Positions 45,601 through 55,928 are shown, numbered from the stretch's first letter. The stretch is DNA of 64,000 nucleotides from an uncultured cyanobacterium (GCA_963718615.1 OY970368.1:5120001-5184000), one strand, 5' to 3'. Numbers and translations: made by a program. Notes: generated from the sequence alone by a model not told the origin.

Positions 45601-47669
45601 GGTGTGGCAGTCTCTTGGTTGAGCTCGTAGAGGAACACAGCACCGGGGGTAAGATTGCGGCCATCAGAAGGGCCAGCAGTTGGCGCACCAACCAAGAAAA
45701 AGTCCTGAGAAAGAGCAACGGAGGTGCCGAAACGGTCCTCTGCTAGATCGGAGACTTCCTCCTCGGTCAAACTATCCAGATCCGCAATATCTCCCGTCGG
45801 ACTCGTCCCCAACAAACGCCGGGGAACAGGGTCCCAGGTGCCATCGGTATTGCGTTTGAAGACATACACTGCCCCGGCATCTTGCGCTAGGACGGTGATA
45901 TTGCTATTCTCATCTTGCTTAATGTCATCCTGGGGCGCACCGACGATCGCATAATCCCCATAAATGCTGACCGCTTGGCCAAACTTGTCATCGACATCGC
46001 GATCGCCCTGTTCCGCCAACAACACCGCCGCCTGGGTCCAAGTCCCTCCGGCATTGGTATAGACAAACGCAGCTCCAGTCGCCCCAATTTGCTCAGCACC
46101 GGGCTCTGCAAAATAGAACGTGTCCTGGTTAGGAGAACCAATAATTATTTGAGTGATTGGAGTGGTTTGACCATCTCCATCAACGCCCTCAAAGACATTT
46201 ATGGAAACAGAAGACCCAAAGTTATCGTTGGCAAGCCGAGCCCCATTCACCTCTGGCAAAACATCGGCCTGGAAAAGCTTCGTTGAACTTGAAGTCCCCG
46301 CTTCATCCAGTTCAATCACATAGGCCGCACCAGCATTGGCAAATTCGACATTCTCAGATTCGACAACCGGGCCATCCGACTCATCAAAAGGTGCGCCCAC
46401 AACAATCGTCTTACCTGAGGCAGCAACCGCTGAGCCAAACTGGTCTCCTGCAATGCCAAGGGCGTTTTCATCAGCAGATGCAGGATCAACCTCAAGAATT
46501 GTCAGTGGCTCCCAAGCTTGGGTTAGGTCCGCAGCCTCAGGATTACGGTCAAAAACGTAGACTCTTCCCGCTTGAGTCTGATTATTAGGCGCATTGGCAT
46601 CCCCTGTATCCACGGTTGCCTTGGGATCACCGATGACAATCCGTTCAATCGTGACACCCGCAGCGTTGACATAGCTCGTAATCGCAACGGCATGGCCAAA
46701 GTCAACGGATTGAAGCGCCTCATCCGCCCCAAAATCCGCTGCCGTCAGCTTTTGGACCGGCTTCCAGGAACCATCGGGCTGTTTCGCGTAAACATAGGCC
46801 GCCCCTGGACTAAATTGTTGCGGGTTATTATCGCTAAGGGGGTTATCATCCGGAATGCCCACTACGGCATACTGCGCCCCGATCGCCACCGAATAACCAA
46901 ATTGCTCGTTCGTAACTAGGTCATTAAAATCGTCATTGCTATTGAGATTATCGTCCGGATTGACAACCCCAATGGTGGTGTCATTATTAGGCGCATCGGC
47001 ATCGGGTGAAATCGAAAACACCTTGCTGGCGACGACCCAGCCCAAAATCCCGGCATAGGAGGCTTGGGTTTCCGGGGCGATCGCCAACCGAGCAGGCGCT
47101 CCTACCTCCCCCCGCGTTGCATCCAACACCCAATTTCCACCTAAACTGGCTTGCCCAATCGGCGTCGTCGAAGCCGAAATTCCGGCCCCCGTTAAACCAT
47201 GAAGCTTTTCGAGAAACTCAGCCCCAGCATCCCCTGCGGCCACCTGACAACCATAGAGCAAGAGCTGCGCGGGTTCACTCGGATCAAACCAGCTCGGATC
47301 AAACCAGCGCTGAAGCGCGGCGGCATGGCGATCGAGCGTCGTCAGGGACAGTTCTCCCTCACCCAAAAATAAACAACCCGGAGCCCCGTGGCTAATGAGG
47401 TGCAGTTCGCGTAGGGCAACGCCATGGGTGGCTTGGGTGGCGATCGCCTGGGTAATCTGCGCAACCCCATCCTTCAGCGGATCCAAAATCACAACGGCAA
47501 AACCGGGGAATACCCCCGCCGCCAACTGGCGAGCCTCCGCCACAGCGGAATCAATCACAACAAGAGCAGCCGGTTGAGGCCGCGTCACGCAACGAACAGC
47601 GGTGCGGGCAGATTGCAGATTAGACATATGCTTGGCAGAAGATTCGGCAGTGCAGATCAGGGTCGTCAT
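42672..47669 (-). CDS. Large surface protein: DUF4347 + FG-GAP repeats + Ig-like domains + C-terminal FG-GAP/VCBS repeats
   Basis: LHLISHGAPG..LYGC.VA (DUF4347); FG.SVA..GAP repeats; VTVTFSE.VTGF Ig-like repeats; GDFNGDG.PD repeats. Confidence 0.85.
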   Translation of the reverse strand: MTTLICTAESSAKHMSNLQSARTAVRCVTRPQPAALVVIDSAVAEARQLAAGVFPGFAVVILDPLKDGVAQITQAIATQATHGVALRELHLISHGAPGCLFLGEGELSLTTLDRHAAALQRWFDPSWFDPSEPAQLLLYGCQVAAGDAGAEFLEKLHGLTGAGISASTTPIGQASLGGNWVLDATRGEVGAPARLAIAPETQASYAGILGWVVASKVFSISPDADAPNNDTTIGVVNPDDNLNSNDDFNDLVTNEQFGYSVAIGAQYAVVGIPDDNPLSDNNPQQFSPGAAYVYAKQPDGSWKPVQKLTAADFGADEALQSVDFGHAVAITSYVNAAGVTIERIVIGDPKATVDTGDANAPNNQTQAGRVYVFDRNPEAADLTQAWEPLTILEVDPASADENALGIAGDQFGSAVAASGKTIVVGAPFDESDGPVVESENVEFANAGAAYVIELDEAGTSSSTKLFQADVLPEVNGARLANDNFGSSVSINVFEGVDGDGQTTPITQIIIGSPNQDTFYFAEPGAEQIGATGAAFVYTNAGGTWTQAAVLLAEQGDRDVDDKFGQAVSIYGDYAIVGAPQDDIKQDENSNITVLAQDAGAVYVFKRNTDGTWDPVPRRLLGTSPTGDIADLDSLTEEEVSDLAEDRFGTSVALSQDFFLVGAPTAGPSDGRNLTPGAVFLYELNQETATPQWEQIEVIQLTKAAVDANGNEISFAEGEAGNEILDGGIQPGAQEKLYGIENQPALGTAVAIYQNPIGGSQALIGAPADVSVLGQDDLLLSRPDDDLVDVENSGAVYFLRTLPEVVDVIVNDDADLIVSDNNVGTASANAVTPGFSFTIVYSEGMDPSIQPTIEFPNEQPGGTLVFNAAQSEWITYEGVANKAFVARYDVVDLGVEIADLDLKITGAKNPDGLEQEPAQPDSELVTDIFDIDTKNPTVTLFSATPEYFNQGIFSIAATFSEAIAPFDEATFFSFTNGSASLFNITSTSPTIFDFILTPAAEGEVTASLPQGIFTDLAGNPSEAANSITRIYDVTSPSVVLTTDLTGPTNQPFTVIADFGDNLSPAILGFEASDISFGPGNNFVASEPVLVDPVDGTKYSFTVTPNPGAANTVQQLEISIGAGVATDLATNPNTASNVLNVTYDGEVPTVVLAGPTEPVLDETFEVTVTFSEVVTGFQTFTTAPATLEDLLIDNGSVTQVVPVAGSDTAYTLTIAPSQPGPVTISVKPGAAIDVANNPNAASAVFEATYAPIVFENDPPDIQFLQNGVLQEVDPAAKIQLNGNGSLTFSQATGNVLTLDDDALPTQSLQVTLSVTPNTGSLTLGTIEGLIFSTGTGTADASMTFTGTEVAINAALDGLRFKPLNVDADASITIEVNDLGNNGPENPPLELIDTQIINLDLDAVTSEAKNDFDQDGSSDILWVNPTTNEISIWFMDGDTKETEVAFTLPDPYNTWNIRGTGDFNGDGTPDLLLREDATGKNAIVTLDPTDLGAQTVNIVADDVDEIESRASQWSIRGVGDFDGDGQEDIIWNNTSTGQYSVWYMNGDQTKKSEATFGPIIGDRNWQIEAVGDFNDDVRPDLVLRNLATGQNLIWIMDGITVTQAVSLPPVSRDWVLAGSGDYNNDQQADILWQNPTTGANVLWQMNGTSIANRITLEPRTDGALIVQN

Positions 47670-48018
47670 AGTGACGGGACTCCGGGGAGAAAATTGAGCC
47701 TAGGTCCGAGAGGAAAATTCGGCCTGGGCTGGTTCAGCATCGGAACGGGATCCTACATACTCCAAAAATGCATTAATTTTTTCAGACTGCGCGTGCTTTG
47801 ACTCAAAATTTACGATTCGATTAAACTCGCCCCAAGAAATAGGGACTCAAGTTTATACGGTAAATGCCCTAATGATGCCCCAAGGATTGAGAAAAAGGAT
47901 TCCCGAAACCCTGGGAAATTGTGTCATCTTTCTCCAAATTCAGTGGCTGAGCAAGCTTTTATACGACGTTGGGCACCCTAAAGCCAGCGCGGTTTTGAGT
48001 CACCTTTCTACCCCTTCG

Positions 48019-49059
48019 ATGGCCCTGTCCTCGATGACACAGTCTGTCTCCAGTTCTGCTACTTCCCCGTTTACCTTTGAGACCTCGCCCTGGTTTGAGC
48101 GGCTGGCGGCCAATGTGCCCGGCATGCTTTATCAATTCCGGCTAGGCACCGATGGCTCGCTTTCCTTTCCCTATGTCAGCTCCGGTTGCCGGGAATTGTA
48201 CGGGACAACGCCGGAGGACATCATGGCCCATCCTGAGTTTTTGTTTGATAGCGTCGCGCCGGAGGACTGGTCCACCTTTGAACAATCGATTCAGGCTTCG
48301 GCCAGAACCCTAAAACCCTGGTCTTGGGAAGGGGAGGTGATTTTGCGGTCGGGCGATCGCAAATGGATCTGGGGCTCCGCCCGACCCGAACGTCAGCCCG
48401 ATGGCACGGTCTTGTGGGATGGGGTGTTGATGGATGTGAGCGATCGCAAACGAGCAGAACTCGAACTTCAGCAGCTCAACCGAGAGCTAGAGGCCCGTGT
48501 AGAGGAGCGCACAGCGGCCCTAGCCCAGGCCAATCGCAAGTTAGCTCGACTGGTTAACCTGGATAGTCTGACCCAGATTGCCAACCGGCGCTGTTTTGAC
48601 CACCGACTCCATGAGGAATGGAAACGCCTCGCCCGTGAGCAGCAGCCGCTGTCGTTGATTTTGATTGATCTGGACCATTTCAAAGCCTATAACGATCGCT
48701 ATGGTCATCTGGCGGGCGATCGCTGTCTCAATCGGGTGGCCCAGGCGCTGAAGCGTGCGATTTTGCGTCCGGCGGATTTGCTGGCGCGTTATGGGGGTGA
48801 GGAATTTGCCGCCGTTTTGCCCAACACGCCACCGGAAGGGGCAGAGCACATCGCCACCCGGATGCAAGAGGAAGTGGCAGCGCTGCGCATTGACCACGAT
48901 CGCTCCCAAACCGGCTGCTATGTAACGCTCAGTCTGGGCATCGCCAGCACGATCCCCCAACGGGGCATGATGGCCACGACGCTGATTGAATACGCCGACA
49001 GCGCCCTCTACGAGGCCAAGCACCAGGGCCGCAACCGCTGGTGTGTGCAGGAATTTTGA
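48019..49059 (+). CDS. PAS-domain diguanylate cyclase (start uncertain)
   Basis: PAS (NVPGMLYQF..WDGVLMDVSDRK); DSLT, DHFKAYND.YGH, RPAD I-site, GGEEF. Confidence 0.92.
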   Translation: MALSSMTQSVSSSATSPFTFETSPWFERLAANVPGMLYQFRLGTDGSLSFPYVSSGCRELYGTTPEDIMAHPEFLFDSVAPEDWSTFEQSIQASARTLKPWSWEGEVILRSGDRKWIWGSARPERQPDGTVLWDGVLMDVSDRKRAELELQQLNRELEARVEERTAALAQANRKLARLVNLDSLTQIANRRCFDHRLHEEWKRLAREQQPLSLILIDLDHFKAYNDRYGHLAGDRCLNRVAQALKRAILRPADLLARYGGEEFAAVLPNTPPEGAEHIATRMQEEVAALRIDHDRSQTGCYVTLSLGIASTIPQRGMMATTLIEYADSALYEAKHQGRNRWCVQEF

Positions 49060-49073
49060 GAGGAAATGGGGCT

Positions 49074-49943
49074 TTAACCGTTCGCGCCTTGCCAAACCCG
49101 AGCCAGACCTTGGGCAATGCGATCAACCACTTCCCCATCTTGCCAATAGGCATTGTGGGAGAACAGATTCCAACGGGTGGCGAGGTTGCCAACGTTGACG
49201 GCCTGGTCGGTGACCATCGTGGCATATCGATCGTTGATGTTTTCCAGCGGATAACCGAGGAGATCATCGCGGTCATAAAAATTGATCCATTCCCCCCCCG
49301 TTATCTTGGGATAGTGGGTTTTGAGACTGGGTGAAGGAACCGCGATCGGTGAGCCAAAATCCCGATAGCGCAGAGACCAAAAGGCAATTTGACTGCCAAA
49401 GGTATAAAACAATGCCAGCGTTTCTCCTTGATCCATGGGAGTGGTTCCCAATTGCACCTGGGCTTTTTTGCCCTGCAAGTCCCAAACATAATTACTCGCC
49501 ACTGCGGAGCCCATACTGTGAGAAATAATGCAGAGGGGGGCATGGGGTCCCGTGCGTTCGGCTAAACGGGCGATCGCATCGGCAAAAACCTGGTGGATAT
49601 CATCATAAATATCTCGGCTGCCAGGGGTGATTTGATAGCCAATGCTATCGGCCAAGGAATGAAAGACAAAATCCCGCATGCCAAAGGCTTGGCCCAGATT
49701 CTCTTGAATGCCTAGGCGGTGATCGAGCTCATCTTGGCGATTTTGGAGGACAGGAGCCCAGTAGACCGCTTCGATTTCGAGATCGTTGCCCACTTGCTCA
49801 AAGGGCTGACCGAGGGCTTTGGCGAAGGCTTTTCTCAAGCGAGGAGCCATGCCACTAATAAAGTCTGCGTGGCTGGGATCCGCAAAGCTGGGGTTGGCTT
49901 TGCCGATTCCGTGGACGACGGCGATCGCGATCTTCTGAGACAT
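49074..49943 (-). CDS. Alpha/beta-hydrolase-fold protein
   Basis: VVHGIG, SHSMGS, TFGSQ, WINFYDRDDLLG, HNAYW. Confidence 0.78.
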   Translation of the reverse strand: MSQKIAIAVVHGIGKANPSFADPSHADFISGMAPRLRKAFAKALGQPFEQVGNDLEIEAVYWAPVLQNRQDELDHRLGIQENLGQAFGMRDFVFHSLADSIGYQITPGSRDIYDDIHQVFADAIARLAERTGPHAPLCIISHSMGSAVASNYVWDLQGKKAQVQLGTTPMDQGETLALFYTFGSQIAFWSLRYRDFGSPIAVPSPSLKTHYPKITGGEWINFYDRDDLLGYPLENINDRYATMVTDQAVNVGNLATRWNLFSHNAYWQDGEVVDRIAQGLARVWQGANG

Positions 49944-50189
49944 GAGTATCCTCCGATGGATAATAAGGCAGGATCACAGGGCTCAATCGACACAGTGTCT
50001 TTATTATCACCATGGCCAGGGGAAAAAGAGTTTCAAGATTTCTTGCTGATGGGATCTAGCGGGTATTTTCTAAGATTCCTCCTGCTGTCGTCCTGGTCGG
50101 CCAAGGGGATGGGCTGGCGATCGCCCGCTAAAATAGTCAACGCAGAGGCTTGATTTCTAGCAATTCTCTACCCTAGCAATTCTCCAACA

Positions 50190-51158
50190 ATGGTCTATCC
50201 TCTCCAAGATAAGTACATTAACTTACTGACGGATTTTGGCTTTAAGCGGGTCTTTGGGACAGAACCGAATAAGCGGCTGTTGATTGATTTTCTGAATACG
50301 TTGCTGCCTCGCGATCGCCAAATCGAGGATGTGACGTTCAAAAACAATGAAAACTTGGGCGGTACGCCGATTGATCGCAAGGCGATTTTTGATATTTATT
50401 GCCAGGGGGTTAATGGCGATCGCTTTATCGTCGAGATCCAAAAAGCCAAGCAAAACTTTTTCAAAGATCGCAGTGTTTACTACTCCACGTTTCCCATCCA
50501 AGAGCAGGCCCTGAAGGGAGAGTGGAACTACAAACTTGCGCCGGTTTATGCGGTGGGTGTCTTGGACTTTGTTTTTGATGAAGACAGGCGTTCACCAGAT
50601 ATTGTTCATACGGTTGAGTTAAAGGATCAAAAGTGTCAGGTTTTTTACGATAAGCTCAAGTTTATCTATATTGAGTTGCCGAAGTTTCGGAAAACGGTGG
50701 AGCAGCTAGAGACTCACTTGGATAAGTGGATGTTTGTGTTGAAAAACTTGGCGAATTTGAGCGATCGCCCTCAACTCCTCCAAGAAGAGATCTTTAATGA
50801 GTTATTTGAAGTTGCAGAAATCGCTAATTTTAGCCCGGAGGAGCAGGATGTCTATCAAAATAGCCTCAAGTATTACCGTGATTTGAATAATGTGGTTGAG
50901 ACTTCTCGTCAAGAAGGTTGGGAAGAAGGACGAGCAGAAGGACGAGCAGAGGGGATAGAGGAAGGATTGCAGGCGGGACTAATGCGGGAGCGACGTCTCT
51001 TACTCAGGCTTTTAGTTCGACAGTTGGGTGATATTTCGGTTGAGATTCAAGGTCAAATCGCCAATTTTCCTGGGGATGACTTGGATGCGTTAGGCGATGT
51101 ACTGACGGATTTTGAAACGATGCAAGATTTGGAGGATTGGTTGGCGGGGCGGGGGTGA
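50190..51158 (+). CDS. Rpn-family PD-(D/E)XK nuclease with DUF4351-like tail
   Basis: TDFGFKRVFG, FDIYC, VEIQ, IELPKF, EG repeats, DLEDWL. Confidence 0.9.
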   Translation: MVYPLQDKYINLLTDFGFKRVFGTEPNKRLLIDFLNTLLPRDRQIEDVTFKNNENLGGTPIDRKAIFDIYCQGVNGDRFIVEIQKAKQNFFKDRSVYYSTFPIQEQALKGEWNYKLAPVYAVGVLDFVFDEDRRSPDIVHTVELKDQKCQVFYDKLKFIYIELPKFRKTVEQLETHLDKWMFVLKNLANLSDRPQLLQEEIFNELFEVAEIANFSPEEQDVYQNSLKYYRDLNNVVETSRQEGWEEGRAEGRAEGIEEGLQAGLMRERRLLLRLLVRQLGDISVEIQGQIANFPGDDLDALGDVLTDFETMQDLEDWLAGRG

Positions 51159-51262
51159 GGGCGATCGAACAATGGTGCAATAGACGGCTGTGGTGTTTGT
51201 TGCTGGGGAAAAACGCAGGTTAGAATAGAAGGTGAGGTGTAATTTCCACCAGCTTTGCGACC

Positions 51263-52246
51263 ATGGCTTATTCTCTCCAAGACAAGTACATTAATTTACT
51301 CACGGATTTTGGCTTCAAGCGGGTCTTTGGGACGGAGCTCAATAAGCGACTGTTAATTGATTTTTTGAATACGTTGTTACCTGGCGATCGCCAAATCGAG
51401 GATGTAACGTTTAAGAATAATGAAAACGTTGGCAATACGCCGATCGATCGTAAGGCGATTTTCGATATTTACTGTCAGGGAACCAACGGTGAACGGTTTA
51501 TTGTTGAGATCCAGAAGGCGAAGCAAAATTTCTTTAAGGATCGGAGTGTTTTCTATGCGACGTTTCCGATTCAAGAACAAGCCCTGAAGGGGGATTGGAA
51601 CTATAAATTAGCACCTGTTTATGCGGTGGGGGTTTTGGATTTTGTCTTTGATGAGGACAAGGCTTCACCTGATATCGTGCATACGGTCGAGTTGAAGAAT
51701 CAAAACTGTCAAGTTTTTTATGACAAACTTAAGTTCATTTACATTGAGCTGCCAAAGTTTCAGAAAACGGTGGAGCAGCTTGAGTCGCACTTAGATAAGT
51801 GGCTGTTTGTGCTGAAGAACTTGGCTGCATTGAGCGATCGCCCCCAACCCTTACAAGAAGCAGTCTTTAGTGAACTGTTTGAAGTGGCAGCGTTGGCTAA
51901 CTTTAGCCGTGAAGAACAGGATATCTATCAAAATAGTTTGAAGTATTACTGGGATCTAAATAATGTGGTGGATACCTCTCGGGAAGAAGGGAGAGAAGAA
52001 GGCAGAGCAGAGGGCAGGGCAGAGGGGCTACAGGAAGGGCTAGTACAGGGGCAGCGATCGCTGCTTCTACAGTTGCTCAGACGAAAGTTAGGCATCATTC
52101 CGCAACGATTCCAAGACCGGATTAGCCAACTCTCAAGAGAGAACTTAGATGAGTTGAGTGATGTAATTTTGGAGTTTGAAACGATGCAGGATCTGGAGGA
52201 CTGGTTCAGTGATTCAGCTCGGGACAACGATTCCGTTAGTCATTGA
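51263..52246 (+). CDS. Rpn-family nuclease, tandem paralogue
   Basis: Near-identical N-terminal domain to 50190-51158; diverged tail. Confidence 0.9.
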   Translation: MAYSLQDKYINLLTDFGFKRVFGTELNKRLLIDFLNTLLPGDRQIEDVTFKNNENVGNTPIDRKAIFDIYCQGTNGERFIVEIQKAKQNFFKDRSVFYATFPIQEQALKGDWNYKLAPVYAVGVLDFVFDEDKASPDIVHTVELKNQNCQVFYDKLKFIYIELPKFQKTVEQLESHLDKWLFVLKNLAALSDRPQPLQEAVFSELFEVAALANFSREEQDIYQNSLKYYWDLNNVVDTSREEGREEGRAEGRAEGLQEGLVQGQRSLLLQLLRRKLGIIPQRFQDRISQLSRENLDELSDVILEFETMQDLEDWFSDSARDNDSVSH

Positions 52247-52694
52247 GGTCGTGAGTACAAATTGGGGCACCGTCTTCTGAAAGGGTGATCAACGAATTTA
52301 TGTTGTTGAATGCCTTGAATTCATAAAGCTTTCAACACTCATCACTCTCTAGCCGGTCAGTACCGTCGTCACCGATCTCAGTGATTTTGTGTGGAGTCCC
52401 ATAGTCAGCACATCTGAAAGCACACAGCTCATTTTCTGAGTAGGACAATAGTTTGCTAGATCGAAACCATATATATCAATACCTACATTATCTCTAAGAT
52501 TTAATGAGACTGGTAGACGTATAAATCTCTAGATTTTCGGGAATCTTAATAAGTAGTTCTGTTTTCATCAAAAGCTCCTGCAATCAGAGCCTTTTGAGCT
52601 TGGCAACGCAAGATCGCATTCATGGCCCTTTGGAGCGATCGCAAAGATTCATTGTTGGTTTATCTTTCAACTCTATATCAACTCGAAGGTTTTT

Positions 52695-53477
52695 ATGGCT
52701 TGGTTAAAGTTGACGAAGAATGCTCTTTATCTTATGAAGAGCGGCTCGGATTGCTATCTAAAAAAGGTCACTGTTTCACCAACTTCACCCTCTTCTTCTG
52801 AGCTACGGTTACATCTCCCTCTGGACTGGTTCTCTGGAAGAGATGTGCCCAGTGGTATGATTGTAGATTTAGAAAGTGCTGAACCTAAACCATGGACTTT
52901 GATCCAGCCTCTCAACGACTCTTCGCTTCCTCTTTTGGGCAGAGTTGTGGTGCTTGATCCAGGTCATGGTGAGATTGATGCGGGAATTAATGATCCGGGG
53001 GCTGTGAGTCCGACTGGGGTTACAGAACGGGACTTGGTTCGTCAGCAGGCGGATATGATTAAGGCGAATCTGGAAGCGTTGGGGGCAACGGTCAAGATTG
53101 TCGAAAATGGTACGGGCATGAGCCTAACGGAAATTGGAGCACAAGGTAGGGGCGCTGATTGTTTTGTGTCGCTGCATCTCAATTCGTTTAACCGAGAGGT
53201 TCAAGGGCATGAGGTTTTGATCGATCCAGATGGTACGGCTTTTGATGCAAAGCTTGCGAACTGTATCAATGATGAGCTGGATAGTGAGTTTGAGTTCCCG
53301 AATCGAGGGGTTAAGAAGCAGGGGCTTGCTGTTTTGCGAGGGGTACCGCTGCCGACGCCAGCGGTGCTTGTGGAGTCTTTTTTTATTGATGAAGTTAAGG
53401 ATACTAAACTCTTAGAGAGTTGGAATTTCCGCGCTTCGATCGTAATTTCTCAAGGGATTACAAAGTTCTTGAGATAA
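52695..53477 (+). CDS. Amidase_3 N-acetylmuramoyl-L-alanine amidase with unknown N-terminal domain
   Basis: VLDPGHG, SLHLN, VLVESFFI; no obvious signal peptide. Confidence 0.85.
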   Translation: MAWLKLTKNALYLMKSGSDCYLKKVTVSPTSPSSSELRLHLPLDWFSGRDVPSGMIVDLESAEPKPWTLIQPLNDSSLPLLGRVVVLDPGHGEIDAGINDPGAVSPTGVTERDLVRQQADMIKANLEALGATVKIVENGTGMSLTEIGAQGRGADCFVSLHLNSFNREVQGHEVLIDPDGTAFDAKLANCINDELDSEFEFPNRGVKKQGLAVLRGVPLPTPAVLVESFFIDEVKDTKLLESWNFRASIVISQGITKFLR

Positions 53478-53684
53478 GGTTTCTGTTATCTTGACGACAC
53501 ACAGTATTTTTGACTAGTGAGTGAGACTCATTTGCTCTAACGTTACTAAGTAGAGGCTTAGTTAGATGCAAGATAAAAAGGGATAGAAACATTGCTCTTC
53601 CGTATTTTATCTCTTGAATAATCTGACTTATCTATTTAGTTCTCTTAGACCATTAGCTTCACACAAATCTCGTAAGACAAAAAA

Positions 53685-53915
53685 ATGAAAGACTTTCTAC
53701 AGTTTCTTGGAAAATTTCTGTTCGCATTTTTCTCAGGGTTCGGAAGCTCTCTTATGGCAAACGCCGAATTTTTAGTCGGTATCCTAGCAATAGCAATGAT
53801 AATTTATATTATTTACATACTTTTCTCTGAAGAAACCGATAAGGCACAGAGAATTGTCACATCTCTTTCCGGTTTGGTAGGTGGTGTTGTCGCAGCAGCT
53901 TCCCTTGATCATTAA
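53685..53915 (+). CDS. Small membrane hypothetical protein
   Basis: ATG start, hydrophobic segments, AT-rich. Confidence 0.5.
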   Translation: MKDFLQFLGKFLFAFFSGFGSSLMANAEFLVGILAIAMIIYIIYILFSEETDKAQRIVTSLSGLVGGVVAAASLDH

Positions 53916-53927
53916 GTAGGAGTAAAA

Positions 53928-54242
53928 ATGAAAAACCATCAATCCTGGCTATTGCCTCGGCTTATAGTGTTTGTACTTTTGGTCATTGTAATGTCATCAA
54001 TGTTTACTCAGTACAGTCGAGATAGATACGAAAGGGGAATTACTCTAACAAAAAATCAATATATCGAAAACTACAGTTCTTTCAAAGAAGAACTGCTAAG
54101 CTCCAAACCATACAGGCAATATGGCAATTCACTTTTGGCCACATTCTTACCAATGCTTATAATCATTGGAGCATACGAGGGGATAATTTTGCTTTTAAGC
54201 ATATATCTTCGCAAGGGAAAAGTACAAGCAAGTAGATACTAG
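53928..54242 (+). CDS. Small two-TM hypothetical protein
   Basis: AGGAG RBS upstream; two hydrophobic helices. Confidence 0.55.
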   Translation: MKNHQSWLLPRLIVFVLLVIVMSSMFTQYSRDRYERGITLTKNQYIENYSSFKEELLSSKPYRQYGNSLLATFLPMLIIIGAYEGIILLLSIYLRKGKVQASRY

Positions 54243-54642
54243 AGACATCTTGATCTAGTAGTACGATATCGAGACAGAGTAAACAGGGGGATAAGTGATA
54301 TATTTATCCCTCTACCAAGGATTGATAACGACAATACAGTTTCTTGAGTCGAGACTCCTTGGATCATAGTATTCAGTCGTTATATTCGTATTCAAATCGC
54401 AGTATCATCTTAAGGAAAAAGCAATTACCGACTAAACTCTTCATTCGTCAAAGATTCTTAAAATCTAAACATTAGACTAATCATTAAATCATTTTGTCTA
54501 GACTCATTGAAAACTAGGAAGTCTAGTATTTGAATGACCGCCTCCGCTACAAGCAGACAGAGTATCACTTCAAGATCGCTAGCATGTTGCTTGCCGCAGG
54601 GAATCAGGACCAACAAAATAAATACAATTGGAAAGGCAAAAA

Positions 54643-55725
54643 ATGGCGAAAGACTTTGTTCTCTTCATTCATGGAGTTACTGTAAGAAACAACAACTATG
54701 CTAACAGAATTATTCAAGTCATTCAGAAGAGATTAATAACGGAAGAAAAGTATGAGATTGATGCATCACAACTACTAAACAAGGATAAAAAGATAGTTAA
54801 ACATGTCTTTTCAAAAAGAGATTTAGATGGAAATAAAGTTCATGATGTCGTACTACTTCCGCTTTTCTGGGGTGATATTCCAGAAAAACAAATTGAACAG
54901 AAGCTTAATAACTTGACAAATCAGCCAACATGGAAATATCTCGACTTTAAAGATATAAGACTAAAATCTATAATGCCATTTGCAGGAGACGCAACTCTAT
55001 TTATTAATGAACAGATAGGACCTATTTTTATCAAAAAAATGGTTGAGGATGCAAAAGATGCAATCGGAACTATAGAGCCAGGCGATCGACTTCACTTGGT
55101 TACTCACAGTTGGGGAACTATCATACTGTTCGACTTTATCCTTTCACAAAGATGGTTATTTAAAAATAACGGAACTATCGAAGATGAGACAAAATTTTTG
55201 TTCGAATTTCAAGAGCTATTGTTTGACTCTTTGATTCTAGAAAGTGTTATCACTATGGGCTCACCTATTTTCTTTTTTGAATTTATGCAGGCAAAAAGAC
55301 AGGCTAATAATGATAAAGCTAGAGAAAACTTTATTAAAATTTTGATTGAAAAAGTTAAAGGCGGTCGAAACAAACAAGAGTATCGATATAAAATTCCTTG
55401 GACAAATTTCGTTCATCCGTCTGATCCAATAGCATGGCCAATAAAAGGAATTTTTAGTTCCAAAAATGGTTTCGATAAGGACACAAGCAAACTATTTGTA
55501 GTGGAGGATAAAATCATTTGTAAAAAGTCTAAAAAAATTCTGAAGCCATTTCATTATTTAATTTCTAATATAGGACCGATTGGGAAAATCATCTTGATAT
55601 TACCATCAGTTATATATGCCTATTGGGCTCATTCAAGTTACTGGAGGAACAAAGAGATCGCCAACAAGATTCTTATCAACGTTCTTAAAGAAGCAGAAAG
55701 GGAGTTGATTTCTAGTTCGACTTGA
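54643..55725 (+). CDS. AT-rich alpha/beta-hydrolase-fold protein
   Basis: LFIHGV, FWGD, THSWGT, ITMGSP, WTNFVHPSDPIA, HSSYW. Confidence 0.72.
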   Translation: MAKDFVLFIHGVTVRNNNYANRIIQVIQKRLITEEKYEIDASQLLNKDKKIVKHVFSKRDLDGNKVHDVVLLPLFWGDIPEKQIEQKLNNLTNQPTWKYLDFKDIRLKSIMPFAGDATLFINEQIGPIFIKKMVEDAKDAIGTIEPGDRLHLVTHSWGTIILFDFILSQRWLFKNNGTIEDETKFLFEFQELLFDSLILESVITMGSPIFFFEFMQAKRQANNDKARENFIKILIEKVKGGRNKQEYRYKIPWTNFVHPSDPIAWPIKGIFSSKNGFDKDTSKLFVVEDKIICKKSKKILKPFHYLISNIGPIGKIILILPSVIYAYWAHSSYWRNKEIANKILINVLKEAERELISSST

Positions 55726-55928
55726 TTAGGTTCGTACAAAACTTTTATGAGGCTGCATAGAAAAATTCTTTCAGTAAGATCTTCAACTTTTATTCTGTGC
55801 AATCTCATACATACAAGAGATCCTGTCAGAAATACTCATAAAGATAACTGTTAGGAGAAGATTTTAAAGGCATGAAAGACGATACAATGCAGAGACTGAG
55901 TTTTCTCGTCCATCATAATACTCACGTC

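Noticed and set aside
54534-54612. ATGACCGCCTCCGCTACAAGC...GCTTGCCGCAGGGAAT resembling an IS200/IS605 or MITE end
   Set aside because: It is a single copy with no transposase and no clear boundaries, so it cannot be supported from this window.
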